Source: Moniliella sp. 'wahieum'
Taxonomy: Eukaryota
Length of the DNA stretch: 64,000 nucleotides
Direction of reading: 5' to 3'
Assembly: GCA_003971905.1 (NCBI GenBank)
Contig: RSEE01000001.1
Location: forward strand, 1,550,001-1,614,000
Positions 37,113 through 50,260 of the stretch are shown piece after piece (position 1 is the first letter of the stretch; each line of letters opens with the position of its first letter). A program made the position numbers and the translations under genes. The notes under the pieces are model-generated. The model saw only the letters and a list, made by a program, of their open reading frames with translations, was not told the DNA's origin and ran no database searches.

Positions 37113-37969
37113 TCAATCGTCGTCCGGGGCTTCGTCGCCCACCGCATCCTCCGCATCAGCCCGGCCTTCAACGACGAAATCGTTGGCTTCATCCATCGCT
37201 TCATCCTCCTCTTCGTACTCGCCTTCGGCCCCGTCTCTTCCCCTTCCTCAGCAGGCACCTCGACGGCCTCCCCCCTTCCGTGGCAAGTTCGGCAAACGGT
37301 TGGGGCAAAGGTAACGTCCTCTGTACAATGTCAAGTAACGCATCCACGTCTTCGGTCTCCAATCGCGTCTCGAGCTCGTCAACGATCTGTACAGCACCAG
37401 GCGCAGAGCACAGGACAAAGAACCAGGTTAGTGATTGCAACCAAATACAAACTTTCCGCCACGTCCCACACGTACCGTGTACAGTTCCACCGTCTTAGTC
37501 GGTACGAGTTAAGGATCTGGAGTTGCTCCATTTTGGACAGAATGGCTTGACGTCTGCCTCGTGGCCCGTGTGGACCACGAAAGCCCGCCAGAGTCAATTC
37601 CTGGAGAAATGCTTCGATGCTGCCTCGGTCTGGTGCGCCGCGACGGAACGTCTCGGAAAGCATGCTCATCGACTAATCCGCATCCCCACAATCCATCCTT
37701 CAGTCAACTTTTGTTTTTTTAGGACAGGGTGACAAGGGAGGGACAGAAGCACAACGTACCTCGAGCTGCACATCCTTGAGGTTGGAAGGGATGGTGCGCA
37801 AATAGGCTTCCTCCTCTGGGTCCAGCTCAGTGGGCCCGGTCGACAGGTCGGTGTCTTCCTTGCCCTGGGCGCGATGAAAGGCGCGGATCTGCTGTTGCTG
37901 CAAGTCGCGCAGGACCGACAATACTTCGTAGTCGGATAGCAGGGCCGTGCATGCAGACACCACCTTCAT
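37113..37969 (-). CDS. RPC17: RNA polymerase III subunit C17 (RPC9/CRCP, Rpb4-like)
   Basis: MKVV..A.LLSDYEVLSVL, LSKMEQLQILN, VELYT|IVDELETRL...DALLDIV and an acidic tail. Introns ~37723..37759 and ~37388..37475. Confidence 0.8.
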
Positions 37970-38136
37970 CGCGCAGTCAGGCGAAGAGAGCGGGTAAAGA
38001 GTGTGGATCGGTTGGTCCACTTGGAGATGGACGCTGGCCCAGGCTGCTCCCAGGAGAAAAATCAGCCAGGCAGCGGAACAGCAGGACGGCCCCAATTCCG
38101 CCCGATCTCCCAGCCAAAAACTGAAATGGGCAAAAG

Positions 38137-38224
38137 TTCCCCGACCGGGAGTCGAACCCGGGTCTTGACGGTACTCAGCCGGAGCTGTGAGAGCGTCACA
38201 TCATAGCCGTTGGACCATCGAGGA
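38137..38224 (-). tRNA. tRNA-Glu(CTC) with 16-nt intron
   Basis: TCCTCGA-TG-GTCCAACGGCTATGAT-G-TGACG-CT-CTC-A-[16 nt]-C-CGTCA-AGAC-CCGGG-TTCGACT-CCCGG-TCGGGGA-A, then T4 and T5 runs. Confidence 0.93.
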
Positions 38225-38556
38225 TTGGTTATCGAAATCACGCAGGTGGTTTCCATGAGTAATTTCCACAGGTAGCAGTGCATTATCTTCAGCTGGCTTT
38301 TATGTCGTGTGCGACCGCTTAACCTGCAATGATTCTAGGGCATGCCAAGACCACATGCAAACGTCAAGTAGTTATGACTGGGGTCTGCGGGTTAACGTTT
38401 AGCCCTTGGGATGCAATGCAAGGAATACTGAGGGTACATCAAATAGACAAGCAAACACGCATAGTGATGTGCAGCAACAGACCAAAGGGAGAGCGGGAGA
38501 GGGAGGGGGAGGAAAGGAGAGGAGAGGAGAAGAGAATAGAAGAGAAGAAAGGAAGT

Positions 38557-39606
38557 TCACGCCTTTCCTGCCTTTTCTGCCTTGCTTGCTGTGCTTCGGT
38601 GGGGCAGCCGAAGCACGAACACGGGCTTCGTACCGGGCTACAACATCCGCGTGAGCCAACATGGACGCTGCCTTGTTCATCTGAATCACGTTGATCACCT
38701 GCTTAAATGCGCAAATGGGCAATGTGATCCCCGCCAGAAGCTGGGGCCAGGTGAGGTAGGTAATGCCGTGGACAAGGCACTGTGCCCATGCCCCGTGAGT
38801 ACCCAGCACCGCCTCGGATACCCACAAAGAGGAAACCTCGAGCGAAAAGAAGGCGGGGGCCAAACGTAGCTTGCCTGCAACCCGAGCGGGGTGGTGTAAA
38901 ACTGATCAGGTAGAGTGCGACAAAGAAGAGCTCGTTGGCGGCACAGACGAAAAAGAGGACGTTGCGGTTGTGGTAGTAGTACCACATCAATACACTCGTC
39001 TCCTTCGACACGGACTTGTGCGACGACGACCAGCGGAAATGGAGGCGTACATGTGAATGTAGTGGCTGCTGAAATCGAGCGCAATCACAGCTGGAACAGG
39101 ATCTTGTAATCGGGGTACTCGGCCGTTAGGAAACACAGCAGGCACGACGTCGTGCACCTAGGCTACCAATGTCAGCATGTGGGTGCATAGGGAGAGGGGG
39201 GTGCGTACCGGTCGGTGATCATGTCGAGCACAGCCCCAAACTTGGTGGACTGGTTGAGTGCGCGGGCGGCCATGCCATCGAACGCGTCAAGAAGACAGGA
39301 GATGCAGTATAGGACAGTGCAGTACTTGGGATGGTTGCCCATAAACACCAGGCTGCCCAGGGCGAGCACGACGCGCGCATACCCAATCAGGTTGGGCACA
39401 AAGAGGTACACATTCTCATGCGGAGTGGGCACAATCGTCGTGCCGGACGGGGTCTTCTCCAGTGCGGGTGCATCAGCGGGCGGGGGGGCAAGGAGCCCGT
39501 TGGGTGCGGAGGAGGCAGAAGCAGAGAGGCGGGCATGGCCAGCGAGGGCAGCGGGGGTGCGGCCACGGGGGAGGAGATGGTGGTTGTCAGACGGGCCAGC
39601 GACCAT
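38557..39606 (-). CDS. PIS1: Phosphatidylinositol synthase (CDP-alcohol phosphatidyltransferase)
   Basis: ENVYLFVPNLIGYARV, LLDAFDGMAARALNQSTKFGAVLDMITDR|CTT, LDFSSHY.HM, LFFVCAANELFFVALY, KQVINVIQM.KA. The stop is uncertain: 38557 if one indel, otherwise 38399. Confidence 0.93.
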
Positions 39607-40426
39607 GTGCGGTCGCTCCCCAACTCACTCGCACGGGGGCCGAATATCGGATGCGGCTGACGGAGTCGCCGACGTCACATCCCCATCACACCCAGCCACG
39701 GCCCGCTCCTGGCCGCTGGCAAGCAGCGGGGGCAGGGACAGCGCGGCCGTGCGGGACGCATCACTTGCACAGGCAGGCGCAGGCATCCCGCGGAGGGCGG
39801 CGTGGCGCCAGTGTCAGAGGCAGCATGATTGCATTGTTGGTGCGTGATGCGTGATCGGTGATCGATCGATGGTTGGTTATTAACCACGTGACTAGTCTGG
39901 TTAGTTACCAGATACTAGTTACTAGTTACGTTAGATCCGGCGGTGATGCGCTGGCGGGCGACGAGGGAGATAGCACCTGGAACGGCAGATGCTACGCTGT
40001 TGTTGGGTCCCATCATTCACCATTAGCCATCCACCGGCACCCGTCCCACCGCGAGATGAATACTACTCTTTGCCGCGGGTGATCAATTCCAAGGTGAACC
40101 AATGAGTAAGAATTCGAACGTGAACTCGTGAAAAAAACGTGGGACCAAAAAAGGATTCTCTCGAATATGGGAAACCAAAGGAACTGTGTGAGCTAAGAGG
40201 ACGGTGAGAGAGAGGGGGGCCCCAATTAATCGCGAGCGAGAAAAGAGACAAGTGAAAGGGTAAGTGGGAGTGTATAGTGTATAGTGCCATGTGCTGCTAG
40301 AACAACATCAGGCAAAGAAGGGCAGAAGATAGAATCACGGAAACGGCTGGATGTGACGGCAGGAACTTTTTTGTTGGAAGAGTCGTGACGCTTTATATCT
40401 AAAACGACGGTAAGCGTTTCATTGTC

Positions 40427-43384
40427 TTAATGTGGGGAAGGGAGAGAGGAACTGCGGTAATAAGGTTCTTCCTCAACCCCGTCCGATTGAGCCTTCAGAC
40501 CAACAGGCAAGACCGGGAGAGGGGTGGAACTTGATTTCCACCTTGGCCGAGTCGGTCCCACGAGAGAGAGACTCGAGCATCGCCGCGCTACATCTTCGTC
40601 GGTTGTCCAGATCACATGTGGGCAGGTTCCTCTGATTCACACGCAAGGTTCTGGATGGAAGATTGAAAGACGGGATCATGCTGATCAAGCTTGGGGGCAA
40701 CAGCAGAGGTTGTGGTGGCGCTGTACTGCTTCTGAGCTGGCCAATGGAAGCCAATCCGCCTCTGAAGCACCAAGTGGGAGGGTGTACATAATGTTGGCTT
40801 TCTGAGCTTGTTTTGATGGGTTGCACTCCCAAGTGGGGGCGGGGAAAGGGCAGCAGTGATGGAGAAGAGCCGAGTAAGGTACGCAAAGCCTTGTTTGGGA
40901 CACTGTGATTTTCCTCTTGATCTCCCTCGGCTCTTCTGCTTCAGCATCCATTTCTGGCTGCGTGGAAAACGGGGCAGAGTCACGAAGGCCATAGTAGCTC
41001 CATCGGTCCGAACGGCTGTCTGGCGTCTTGATTGGTTTCCGTCGTCGTTGCCGTTGCTTCCCACCCCAGCAACACCAGAACTACTTGGAAAGCGATGAAG
41101 AGTTCCGTTTCCTTCCAACGGTTGAAGTTCTTGCAGAACATTCCAGACCACATGGCCATCCTCATGCTCGGTGATCTCAATGTGTTGGCCCATTCCAGGT
41201 AGGTGTAGGGGAGGGTCAGAGCGGGGACGCTCCCGCCAAATGAAGATTGAGTGTATCGCGTTGTGGTGGAGGTCAAAAACCGTTCTCTTCCCGCCACCAC
41301 CCCTTGTAGCGGCAGTCCCGCTGGACCAGGAGCTGTCAATGGAAAAACGATCTGTCCTTCGAGGAGCGAACCCACCGTCATCCGTGGATCGGTTGTAGAT
41401 CCAAACGTGAGAGTACTATTTGCGCGCGATGCACGCGGTACCAATTCTCGCACTTCGCGCACGGTACATCCCCCACATGGCTCCGTGTTGCTTGGCGTGT
41501 GAGATAGCGGCGTGATAGGATAGAGAGAATTGAGTTGCGCCTATCCTCTCCCTCATCCCGGAAGATCAGCGTTCGACGGACCACCCGACTTGATGGCGCA
41601 CCAGACAGTCTTTGCACCCGACCAGCCTCGTCAGGTGGACGCAAGGGAACCGTTAGGGGGAAATCGGTGGTATTGCCTTCCATTTCCGTCTCCTTCTCAT
41701 CTGTTTCGGTATTTGTTGTTGTCCCATCTCCCTTTCGCGTTTGCCGCAGTCTTCGTCTCGCTTTTGGTTGCTTCAATTTGGGCTGAGAGGCTTTGGGGAC
41801 GTAGAGGGGATGGTTACCAGCCAGTAAGGGGTTCCCTGGCCCTGGTGGCAGGGGGGGGAACAGCCTTGTTTTTCTCTTGCAGAGGGTGAGGTAGAGTTGT
41901 CTTCTTTAACGGGCACGTGCAGTAGTTCCCTCCGTAGTAGGGTGGCTAATGTGAGCCGAGGATGTCCTTCTTCATTGATGCTGATGGTTGAGGAGTTAAG
42001 TAAGTTGGGTGTTGGGTTTGCAACAAGCGAGCCGCGTCCTTCTCCTTGATAGGGGTAGAGGCCGTACCGCTGGATTCGTCCACAGCAGGGGCAGTAGGCG
42101 TGCGAGCAGACGATGTCGATGCAGGCTGCCATAACGGGAGAGGAATTGATTTACTTTACCACCCTTCTGCCATAGGGACACAGGTGGTGGCGGCTTCTCT
42201 GTTGTGGATTGGGCTTTCGTACGCTGTTCTTGTGAACGGGAAACCGTGCCCCGCCCGCGCCAAAAAGATAGGGGGGAGCGGCCACTAGCGCTGGTGCAGC
42301 TCCGCCTTAGAAGCCCGTCGGACTGTGTGGTCGGCTGGACCATGCATCCTTCATTAGCATCTTTGCGTTGGGCGGATGAACGGGGAAGGACACTCTTCGC
42401 CCTACGAAGGAAGGACGATGAGGTGGAACCCAGTGCAAAGCGCGGGCTGGGGGATGTAGCGCCATCTGCAGCGGAATTGTTGGTCGTCGTCGGGAGAGGG
42501 TCGAAAGCGCCTCGGTTTCGGGGACTGTGTTTTCCGGAGTGCTGACGAGAGCAGAGATGGATCCGAGGGGAGGAACGGGCAATGTCTCCATTTTTAGTGT
42601 CCTCAGAGCGATGGGTTGTGGTGAAGCACAGGTTGGTTCGGCCTCGGCCTCCGGGCATGACGAACAGGGCGTTGGACTTCATTTCTCATGTAGGGGCGAG
42701 GAGAGGGGGATGGACTGGCCAACCCCTAAGACCAATTCTGAGGTGGATGAGGTCTTCTCGGTCTTCTCCTACCAGCTGGGCAGCTGCTAGCTGCCGAGCC
42801 CGCTTACGGTTAGAAATACCGCAGGAAGGGGGGTGTCTTCGTCGGTGACAGCATTGGCGGGGGAGAGCACCTTTTCAAAAGGCGGATCAGGCAAGGAGGA
42901 CATCGCAGGCACGGTTGCTTTGGTGGATGTGGCGACAGATACCGGTATAGGCACACATAGGGGATGGATACTGGGGGTGGCGCACAGCAGCTAGTTGCAA
43001 GGCGAGTTGGTCCAGACCGCGGACCGAGGAGGCGGCAGGCGTTGCAGGGGGGAGGGAGGCAGATCGAGAGGTGCATCGTCCATGCGGAGGAGGGTAAACC
43101 GTTTGGCGAGCTGAGGGAGCAGGAGTGAGGTGTCTGAACGCCGCATGGTAGGGCAAGTCAAGGAACGTCAGCGCTCTGGTGAGATATAGGCGTCTATCCA
43201 CCACGGGTTGTGAGGAAGGAAGGAAGACACACGTGGAAGCTCGGCGAGCGAGGGCAAGATGAGGGTGGGGGCGCGTGGGCGGGCGGCGGCACAGCGGCGG
43301 CGCCAGCGAGGTAAGTGGGGCATTGCACGATGGGGATGGAGGATGCTCAAGAGGGATGCGTGGGGGTTGGTGGGACGTATCCAT
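40427..43384 (-). CDS. Large Ser/Pro-rich hypothetical protein, fragmented by frameshifts
   Basis: A chain of overlapping minus-strand ORFs with coding-like composition (e.g. HIEITEHEDGHVVWNVLQEL), starting from MDTSHQPP. No family recognised. Confidence 0.45.
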
Positions 43385-44406
43385 ATTACGAGTATCATGT
43401 AGTTTGCAGCTAGTACCTTCGATTCTCCGCCGCTCTGACCGAGCAGTGACTCCAGGGGTGTTATTCGCTTCGCTCTGCTCCGCTTGCTTCACCTGCCCTC
43501 TACCAGCACTATCGCCCTCATCGATCATCGATCATCCCTCATCGAGCGAGTAGGCCCAAAGACGATGGTGAGAGATTGGCGTCTTCTGGCCCCAACCAGC
43601 TTTCCAAACGCTAATATTTTAGTGGCACTGTAGTGGCATTGTTGATACTTCTCGTGGCGCAATCATGCCCTCAGCCCCATCTCTGATGGGCCAGCCCACA
43701 CGCAACCGTGTTGTCCTCTACGTGATTTGAGTGCAGGAGTACCTTCTCCGGTAGAGAGAGACATATGGGCATACTGACCAGCAGCCTCCCGATTCGCTTC
43801 TAGCTTGACGCCACACTCTCCCCACTCTACATAATATGATCTTCTTCCCAGTGCGCTACCGGTGCCTATATTTGTACTAGTATAAGCGAATTGAAGCCAG
43901 AAAACCCCGACGGCGCGTGCGCTTGGCCAATTGAGAGGGTCTAGCAGAAGAGGTAAGATAAAGACAGGCGGGCATCAATGGGGGTCGGTTTCTTAATAGA
44001 GTAGTCAGGCCGGCCCCCTTGGTACTTTTAGACGGATGTGGCTTGCCCCGCTTTGACTGATGGGCGTGCAGTGGAACGTTCGAACGCAGCAAACGGAGCA
44101 CGGCCTCGCCATCGTCGTTCGACCACTTGCCGCCCTTCCTCTCGCTGCCAAGCTACACCCTTCCTGCATGAACTGATGAGGGGGGGGGGGGGCTCTGATG
44201 TAGGGCAACCCTTTTGCCATCAGTACTCAGTACCTAGTGCCTTCCAGTGTCGGGGAGTACGAGCGACCCGGACGGGAAGAAGCAGTTGTGGGTGGGGGCG
44301 CGCAGTGTCGGGGACGGGGGGGGGTACGCACAGGAGTACACAGAGGAAAAATATGCGGGAGTGTAGAGGAAAAGGGGGGAACTACGGGGTGGTGGGTGAA
44401 AATGGC

Positions 44407-44505
44407 TGGAGTGGAGCTGGAGCTGGAGCTGGAGGAGCTGGAGCTGGAGCTGAGCTGGAGTGGAGCTGGAGCTGGAGCTGGAGGGAGCTGGATGGAGCTG
44501 GAGCT
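44407..44505. repeat. (GGAGCT)n imperfect hexanucleotide microsatellite
   Basis: About 15 degenerate copies, seen directly. Confidence 0.9.
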
Positions 44506-44852
44506 AGGACGGACGCGGGGGAGAGCGTGGTGGCCCGATGTGGGCTATGTTGGCGGCTATGCTGGCGGTGGGGCTACGGCCGACGCGCATGGCCACTGCA
44601 GTGCCTTCTGCCCGATGAGAGCTTGGGGCCGGGCAGCCTGGCGAATCTCACCTGCAACAACCCGAGAATCTGAGCCCCGCCCCGTGCGGCCGACGCAACA
44701 CTGCCCGCATGCCTGCTCCACGTGGGAGATCCTCCATCTTCCTCCTATCTCCCATCTCCAATTTGTCACGCTGCCACTCTATTCTTCAGCGCACATTTGC
44801 CCATCAGTCACACCCCCGCCGCCCCATACCTTCGGCAAGGCATCCATCCACC

Positions 44853-45980
44853 TCATCTGCTATGTAGATTTCTAGCAGCCAGCAGCACCTCGCTCTCACC
44901 ACGCGTCCTCTCTCCAAACCCAGTGCATTCCTCTCCTCTACTGAGGTGCCGTCGCACCCGCAGGCGCATTCCCCCCTCCTCCTGCTTCGCCCCCCGGGCC
45001 GGCCGCCGCAGCCGCGCGAAAGCACGGTCGCCCTTCTCGAGCCGCTGCAGCAGCTTGTCCCGCGCCGAGTCCTGCCAGCGTTGGAGCACTGCCGTTTCGT
45101 GTACGGGGAAGCCAAAGATCCGAGGCTTGTACCGCTCAATCTTGACCAGCGCAGCGGTTGACGCCTGCACAGGTACCGTATCACCTGTCGCATCCTCTTT
45201 GCTCTTATCCGCGTCCTTGTTGTCCTTGTCCCCGCTGCCATTGGTGCTACTCCCATCTTTGCGGCCGCCGTCGCGGCCGCTGCCGACACAGCCGTACCAC
45301 CGCCATTGGACACGAGGAAGGGCGCAGGTCCGCCGGTTGTTTGGGGGGAATGAGATGCGAGTACACCATCAGCTGAAGGGGAAAAACACGTGTACACATC
45401 CGGTTAGTCTCTGCGAACACCGAAAGAGAGGGAGGAAGAGCAACACAGCAGGTGCGATACCACGTACAAGCATATGCGGGAAAGTGGTGCCAAAGAAAAA
45501 GCGCCATCAATCGTGCCGTGGCGGGAAGACTTGGGGGAATAAATGTCCTCGCAGCGTGGGCAGTAGAGCTTGACTGCCTTCGGAACGGGTGGTCCGACAA
45601 ACCCACCGGCAAGAGCTGCTGCCCGAAGCACAGCACGCGCGGGCAGCGACCAAAGTCGGCGCGCTTGTACTTCTCTACCATCTTGGCCAGACCGCGAGTG
45701 GTGAGGATGTAGCGGGCGTGCACCAGCCCATACAGAAGCCGGCCTTGGCTTTCGATGTGGTCGAGACTGTTGGGGTAGTCGTACTCCATCGCATCGGTGA
45801 TGAGGTCGAGGGCTGCCTGCGGGTAGTTCTGCACGTCGGCGTTGAGACCAGTCAGGTTGAAGCGGTCGAGGATGTAGTCAATGTCGACCTCGCAGAAGTA
45901 CTCGTTGCCTTGAGGGAGAGGTAGCAGAGGATCCAGTTGTTGGCGACATAGTCGCTGGAGCCCGAACTGAGCGCGTCCAT
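44853..45980 (-). CDS. CKB: Casein kinase II regulatory (beta) subunit
   Basis: [85 protein letters not shown] (intron 45373..45467), YKPRIFGF. Confidence 0.95.
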
Positions 45981-46224
45981 GCTGGCAGGTTCTGCGCGGT
46001 GTGGGGTGGTGGGATGGTGGGGCGACGGCGATGCCGGGCGCGGACTGCGAGCGCCGGACGATGGGCAGAGCGCAGACCCGCGGATGATCGGTACAACTGA
46101 CGTAAGCAGCGCGGATGAACGCGCAGTTGAACATTGAACAACAGTAGGAGATACTTGAGGCGGGGTGGGGCTAATTTAACTGACCCTGCCTTCTCCCTCC
46201 TGCGTCGAGCACAGAGCAAGGCAA

Positions 46225-48589
46225 ATGGCGCTGGACGCGGCCATGGGCGCGCACGCCTTTTCGGACGCGGTGCGGCGCACGCGGGTCGTGCGCATGCAGT
46301 GTGTACATGCCTATGTGTTAGCGGCCACCACCACCACGGCGGCGCTTGTGCTCTGCGCCGGCACCCATGTCACCGCACCCGTCCCCGCTGGCTGTGCTGC
46401 GCCGAACGGCGCCCGTGTCATCGGCTGGGCGCGAGTGATCGCCGCCTGGCTGTCCGCCTCGCTTGCCTCGACGCTCGTGGGCGTCTTTCCTCTGCTCTTT
46501 GTGGCCAGGGGTCCGCCAAGGCCAACCTTCCTCTCCGTCCGCCCAGCGCAGCCCTGGCCAACCTCTTCCGCCGCCTCCACGCCCACCCACACAGCCCCCT
46601 CGCTGCCCTGCTTGGTACTCTGGGCCACCCAGCCACCTGGAGCTCGGCTGCGCTGTATGCTCTCTTTTCCCTGGCATTCACACTGCCCCTCCTCGGCGCC
46701 CTGGCTTACTCACCCCTTCCCTCCCGGCCCCGCACGCCAACGTGACCTGCGCCGCCTTCATCTCCTCCTCCCCCTGGGCTTCCGCGTGCCCGCCCTCCAG
46801 CCGCAACTGCCACTGGGAATCGCCCCGTCCGGCGCTGGTTCAGCCTTGGCCGGTACCAGCAATACAGGCTCTGGACAAGCGACCCAACGAACTCGTTATT
46901 GTTGCCCTCGCTCCTCTCTCGCTGTTGCCGTCACGTGTTCCCTCGTACAAGACTTGATCCCTGCATTCCAAGCGTGGTATCTGTCCCGCTCCCCAGCCAC
47001 AACAGCATCAGCAGCCCCGCCCATACCCTCCATCTCTCCCCCTTGCTCCGCTATCCACATCTGGGTCCTGGCTTTTCACGCCCCCTACGTTGCGTGTGTA
47101 CGCTGCAGCGGCTCCGCCTCCCTTGCCCCAGTTGCTGCGGCACGCTTCTTTCCTTCGTTTGCATCCAGGCCCTTGCTTTCGTCGGGCCAAGACACGCTGC
47201 AGAGCTGGTATAGCCCTGCAACCTGGACTACTCTCTCAGGGATGTCCTCCCTACGACGGTGGTGACCACGGGGATTGTATCGTTGGGTTACCTCGCCTGC
47301 TACCGGCTTCTCCGTCATTCCCTCTGGGCGAGTGTCTTTACCCTTGGGCCCCTCCTTCGTTCCCTCATTTCGCCTTCCTCTATGGTGGGGCGCGTACTTT
47401 CCCCCTTTCTAGGCGTTAGCGTACCTTGGCCTGACTTGACGCTTTGCTTCTTCACCTCGCCTTGGCCATCTCTGCTGTGTTGCCCGCGTTGTCTGGTCGG
47501 TGTACGCTTGCTATCCGATGCCGGCTGTCGATGCCCCTCACGGCCCAGCCCTCAAACCCATCTTACAATCGCTAGAGAAGAATATGCTCCTTTTGCATTC
47601 GCCTCCCTCGCTTCCGCTGTAGGTACCAGAGCCGCCGTTCGCAGTGCAATCTACAACGATTTCCTCCTGGCAGGTGCTTCAGCCTGGAAGACGGGATTAA
47701 AAGGGTGTCTGCATCAACTCACCGCTTTTGAGTACCGTTTCCGCTCCCTTCATACCTCTTCCCGGCCTCTCTTGGCCGGTCCGGCCCAGTTACAACATAG
47801 CCAACATAACAACCCCTCCAGCATCACCTCCCGCCCCGTCCAGGATTTTTCCGCCTCGGTATGGGCACGTCTGGCGACGGAGACAGCGCCTGCGCGACAA
47901 CCCTTCTTTACTACTCCTGTTCCACCCGCCCGTGAACCGTGCGGTGACTCCCTTGCCGTTCGAAGCCACCACTATGCCGCGTATCCAGACATACCTGGAT
48001 GTCACTCATAGCGCGGCGGCACGCTCGGTTGAGCTGGGGATTGTACCTGCGGTACCTAGACAAGTTGGTTAAAGCCTTCATCCTTCCTTTCTCCCCATTC
48101 CGGCTCCAACAGGCGTACTACTACGTCAAGGACAAAGCGGTAGAATGGCTGGAGGCAGCTCTTCGACCTTCGGAAGTGGTGCTGGATCGGGCCCTGGTGG
48201 GGCTCGTGGATCCGTCAGCCAACTCTGGTTCGGTCGCCACGGCTGCTTGGGCCGCTCAGATACTCTGTGCTCTAACCGTGCATTCAACGGAGGAAGACCC
48301 GTATGGGAGGGTGCAGCGAGAGATGTACCTGCTGTCGTGGTCGCGTTAACAGCGCAGTAGAGGCCGCGACGCCCTATCTTCTTTCTCCTTCTTCTTTGGC
48401 GGGACTGGGACAGACGGTGAGACAGTGGGCCGTTGTTCATACTATTCTTTTTTCTTCCCTCGTCGAGGTGCGCGATCGGTTTGCCCCGTTTCTGTCGGAC
48501 TTGCCTTGGGGACCTGACGATCCGAGGGCATACGGACATGGGAGCGCATGGAGCGCGCATTGGCTCGTGCTGCTCAAGGACGACTGTAG
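46225..48589 (+). CDS. NDC1: Transmembrane nucleoporin Ndc1
   Basis: Multi-TM N-terminal half, AFASLA...R.AIY, and the C-terminal signature LTVHSTEEDPYGRVQRD(V)P.V, typical of fungal Ndc1. Many frameshifts. Confidence 0.7.
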
Positions 48590-49091
48590 CAGCGCAGGGA
48601 CACTAGAGAGAGGGGGTTTTGTATTAGTAGTTTTGAGTTTCGGGTTTTGTCATGTGTGTGCATTCTCAGGTTTTCACATTATTACTGTTGAATGAAAGCG
48701 TCTTCGTCTTCGCTGTACAACAGATCTGTAGGATGAAAAGGAAACGGAGAGCAATCCGTCAGAACAGGCAAAAAGGGCGAACCGCCTTACATCTTTGTGC
48801 CATGGAATAAGACACGATAACAATGTTCTGCAATCATATCATCATTGACAGAGAACTTAATGCTGGGACAATAAAGAAACGCTGCGCTTACACCGACCCG
48901 TTCACCCGGCGTGTTTATTGCTTGTTAAACGGCTGATGGGATTGAGAAGCGTAACCCATTGCCCATATCAACTTTACAGTGATAAAAGCCCCAGATAACG
49001 CTTCACTCTGCACTATTAGTCATTGGCCCCCAATGATGGAAGGCGGGCACTACATCGCTATAGTTCCAGCCAGTAGGGTGTCCGCGAGTCA

Positions 49092-49135
49092 CAGTTATGC
49101 TACAGTTATGCTACAGTTATGCTACAGTTATGCTA
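49092..49135. repeat. (ACAGTTATGCT)x4 11-bp minisatellite
   Basis: Seen directly. Confidence 0.9.
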
Positions 49136-49699
49136 CTCTGTGTTACCATATGACATGGAGTCACTGGTCACCCCAGAAATCATCGAGAGAGTGTAGATAG
49201 AGATCATCTTCTTACCAAGCTCGTAAGGGAAGGTGGGGCCCACAGGCCCTGTGTATACTTCCGCGCAATTCTCCAAGCCTATACCCTTTTTTCTCTGTCA
49301 TACTAAGAATTGATCTCAACTTTTTGTATGCATGGCGGGAGGTATATGTAATCGGGTCAAAAACTTTCATGCCCCCCCGCCTCACTATAGTCACACTACA
49401 CCCTGTTGTGATGTTTGTGGTTGTTGTGGTCACCTCTCCTGTGTTCCTTACCGCAACATAGCGACGGGAGTGCGGGATTCCAATCCACGTCCTGTCCTAC
49501 AGGACCGGCTCACATATCTTCGGCGAGACACCGACAAGGGTCGTGACGCGTGACGTGTGAAGCGTGAAGCGTGAAGACTTGTCACACGTCAGCGACAGTT
49601 TGTCCAGAAGACTCCGCGCTCTATAGCTCTATATTACTCCGAAATGGCTCATTTCTACAAGTACTAACTATATACACCCGTACCTCTATTAATGAGCAA

Positions 49700-50260
49700 T
49701 ATATGATGTGATGACCAACAGGACCGTACGTACGTCAAACGTTGACCCCACGCATGAAGTGAATGAGGTCGACCACACGCTGCGCGACACGGGATCACTG
49801 GCAGCGCAGAGCGCGTTCCGGAGGGTGGTGCACGCGAGCACCGCAACCCCCTTGGAACGCCGGGAGAAGGAGCTGCTTCGGATGCTTGAACAAGCAGAAT
49901 GCGAGAAGAACGCCAAGTACCAGGGACGCACTCAAGAGACGTTTTTCCCCCTGGTTTTGACGACGCGAGGATACTACGGCACCAAGACGGCGAGCAAGTT
50001 GTTTGCGCATTGGAAGGAGTTGGCTACTAAGTCTCAGTGGAAATGGTTCCTCGCTCGGATGTCAACCACGTTCCTCCGTGTCCATACGCGCTTCCTAGGG
50101 TACGGGACCGGATGGCATGAGCCGGAGGGTCCTGATATCCTGGCGATCCCCCTGGTTCCTTGACCCTGGTGGCGCCCCTAAGTAACCCCCGCAAGATGAA
50201 CGGTTAGGTTTAGACGTAGCGTTCCCCCTGTCCCAGCCTTCTTAAGTCTGCCAATGAAAT
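49700..50260 (+). mobile_element. 5'-truncated non-LTR retrotransposon remnant: C-terminal restriction-like (REL) endonuclease, CRE-clade-like
   Basis: YDV...AECEKNAKY.....FFPLVLTTRG..G...S..LR matches the D...E.xK..KY...F.PL...T.G layout of REL endonucleases. The ORF (49708..50163) has no upstream RT domain. Confidence 0.7.

Noticed and set aside
44038..44875. ORFs with ELELEL, GAGAGA or WSWSWS repeats
   Set aside because: Translations of the (GGAGCT)n microsatellite in intergenic or UTR sequence.
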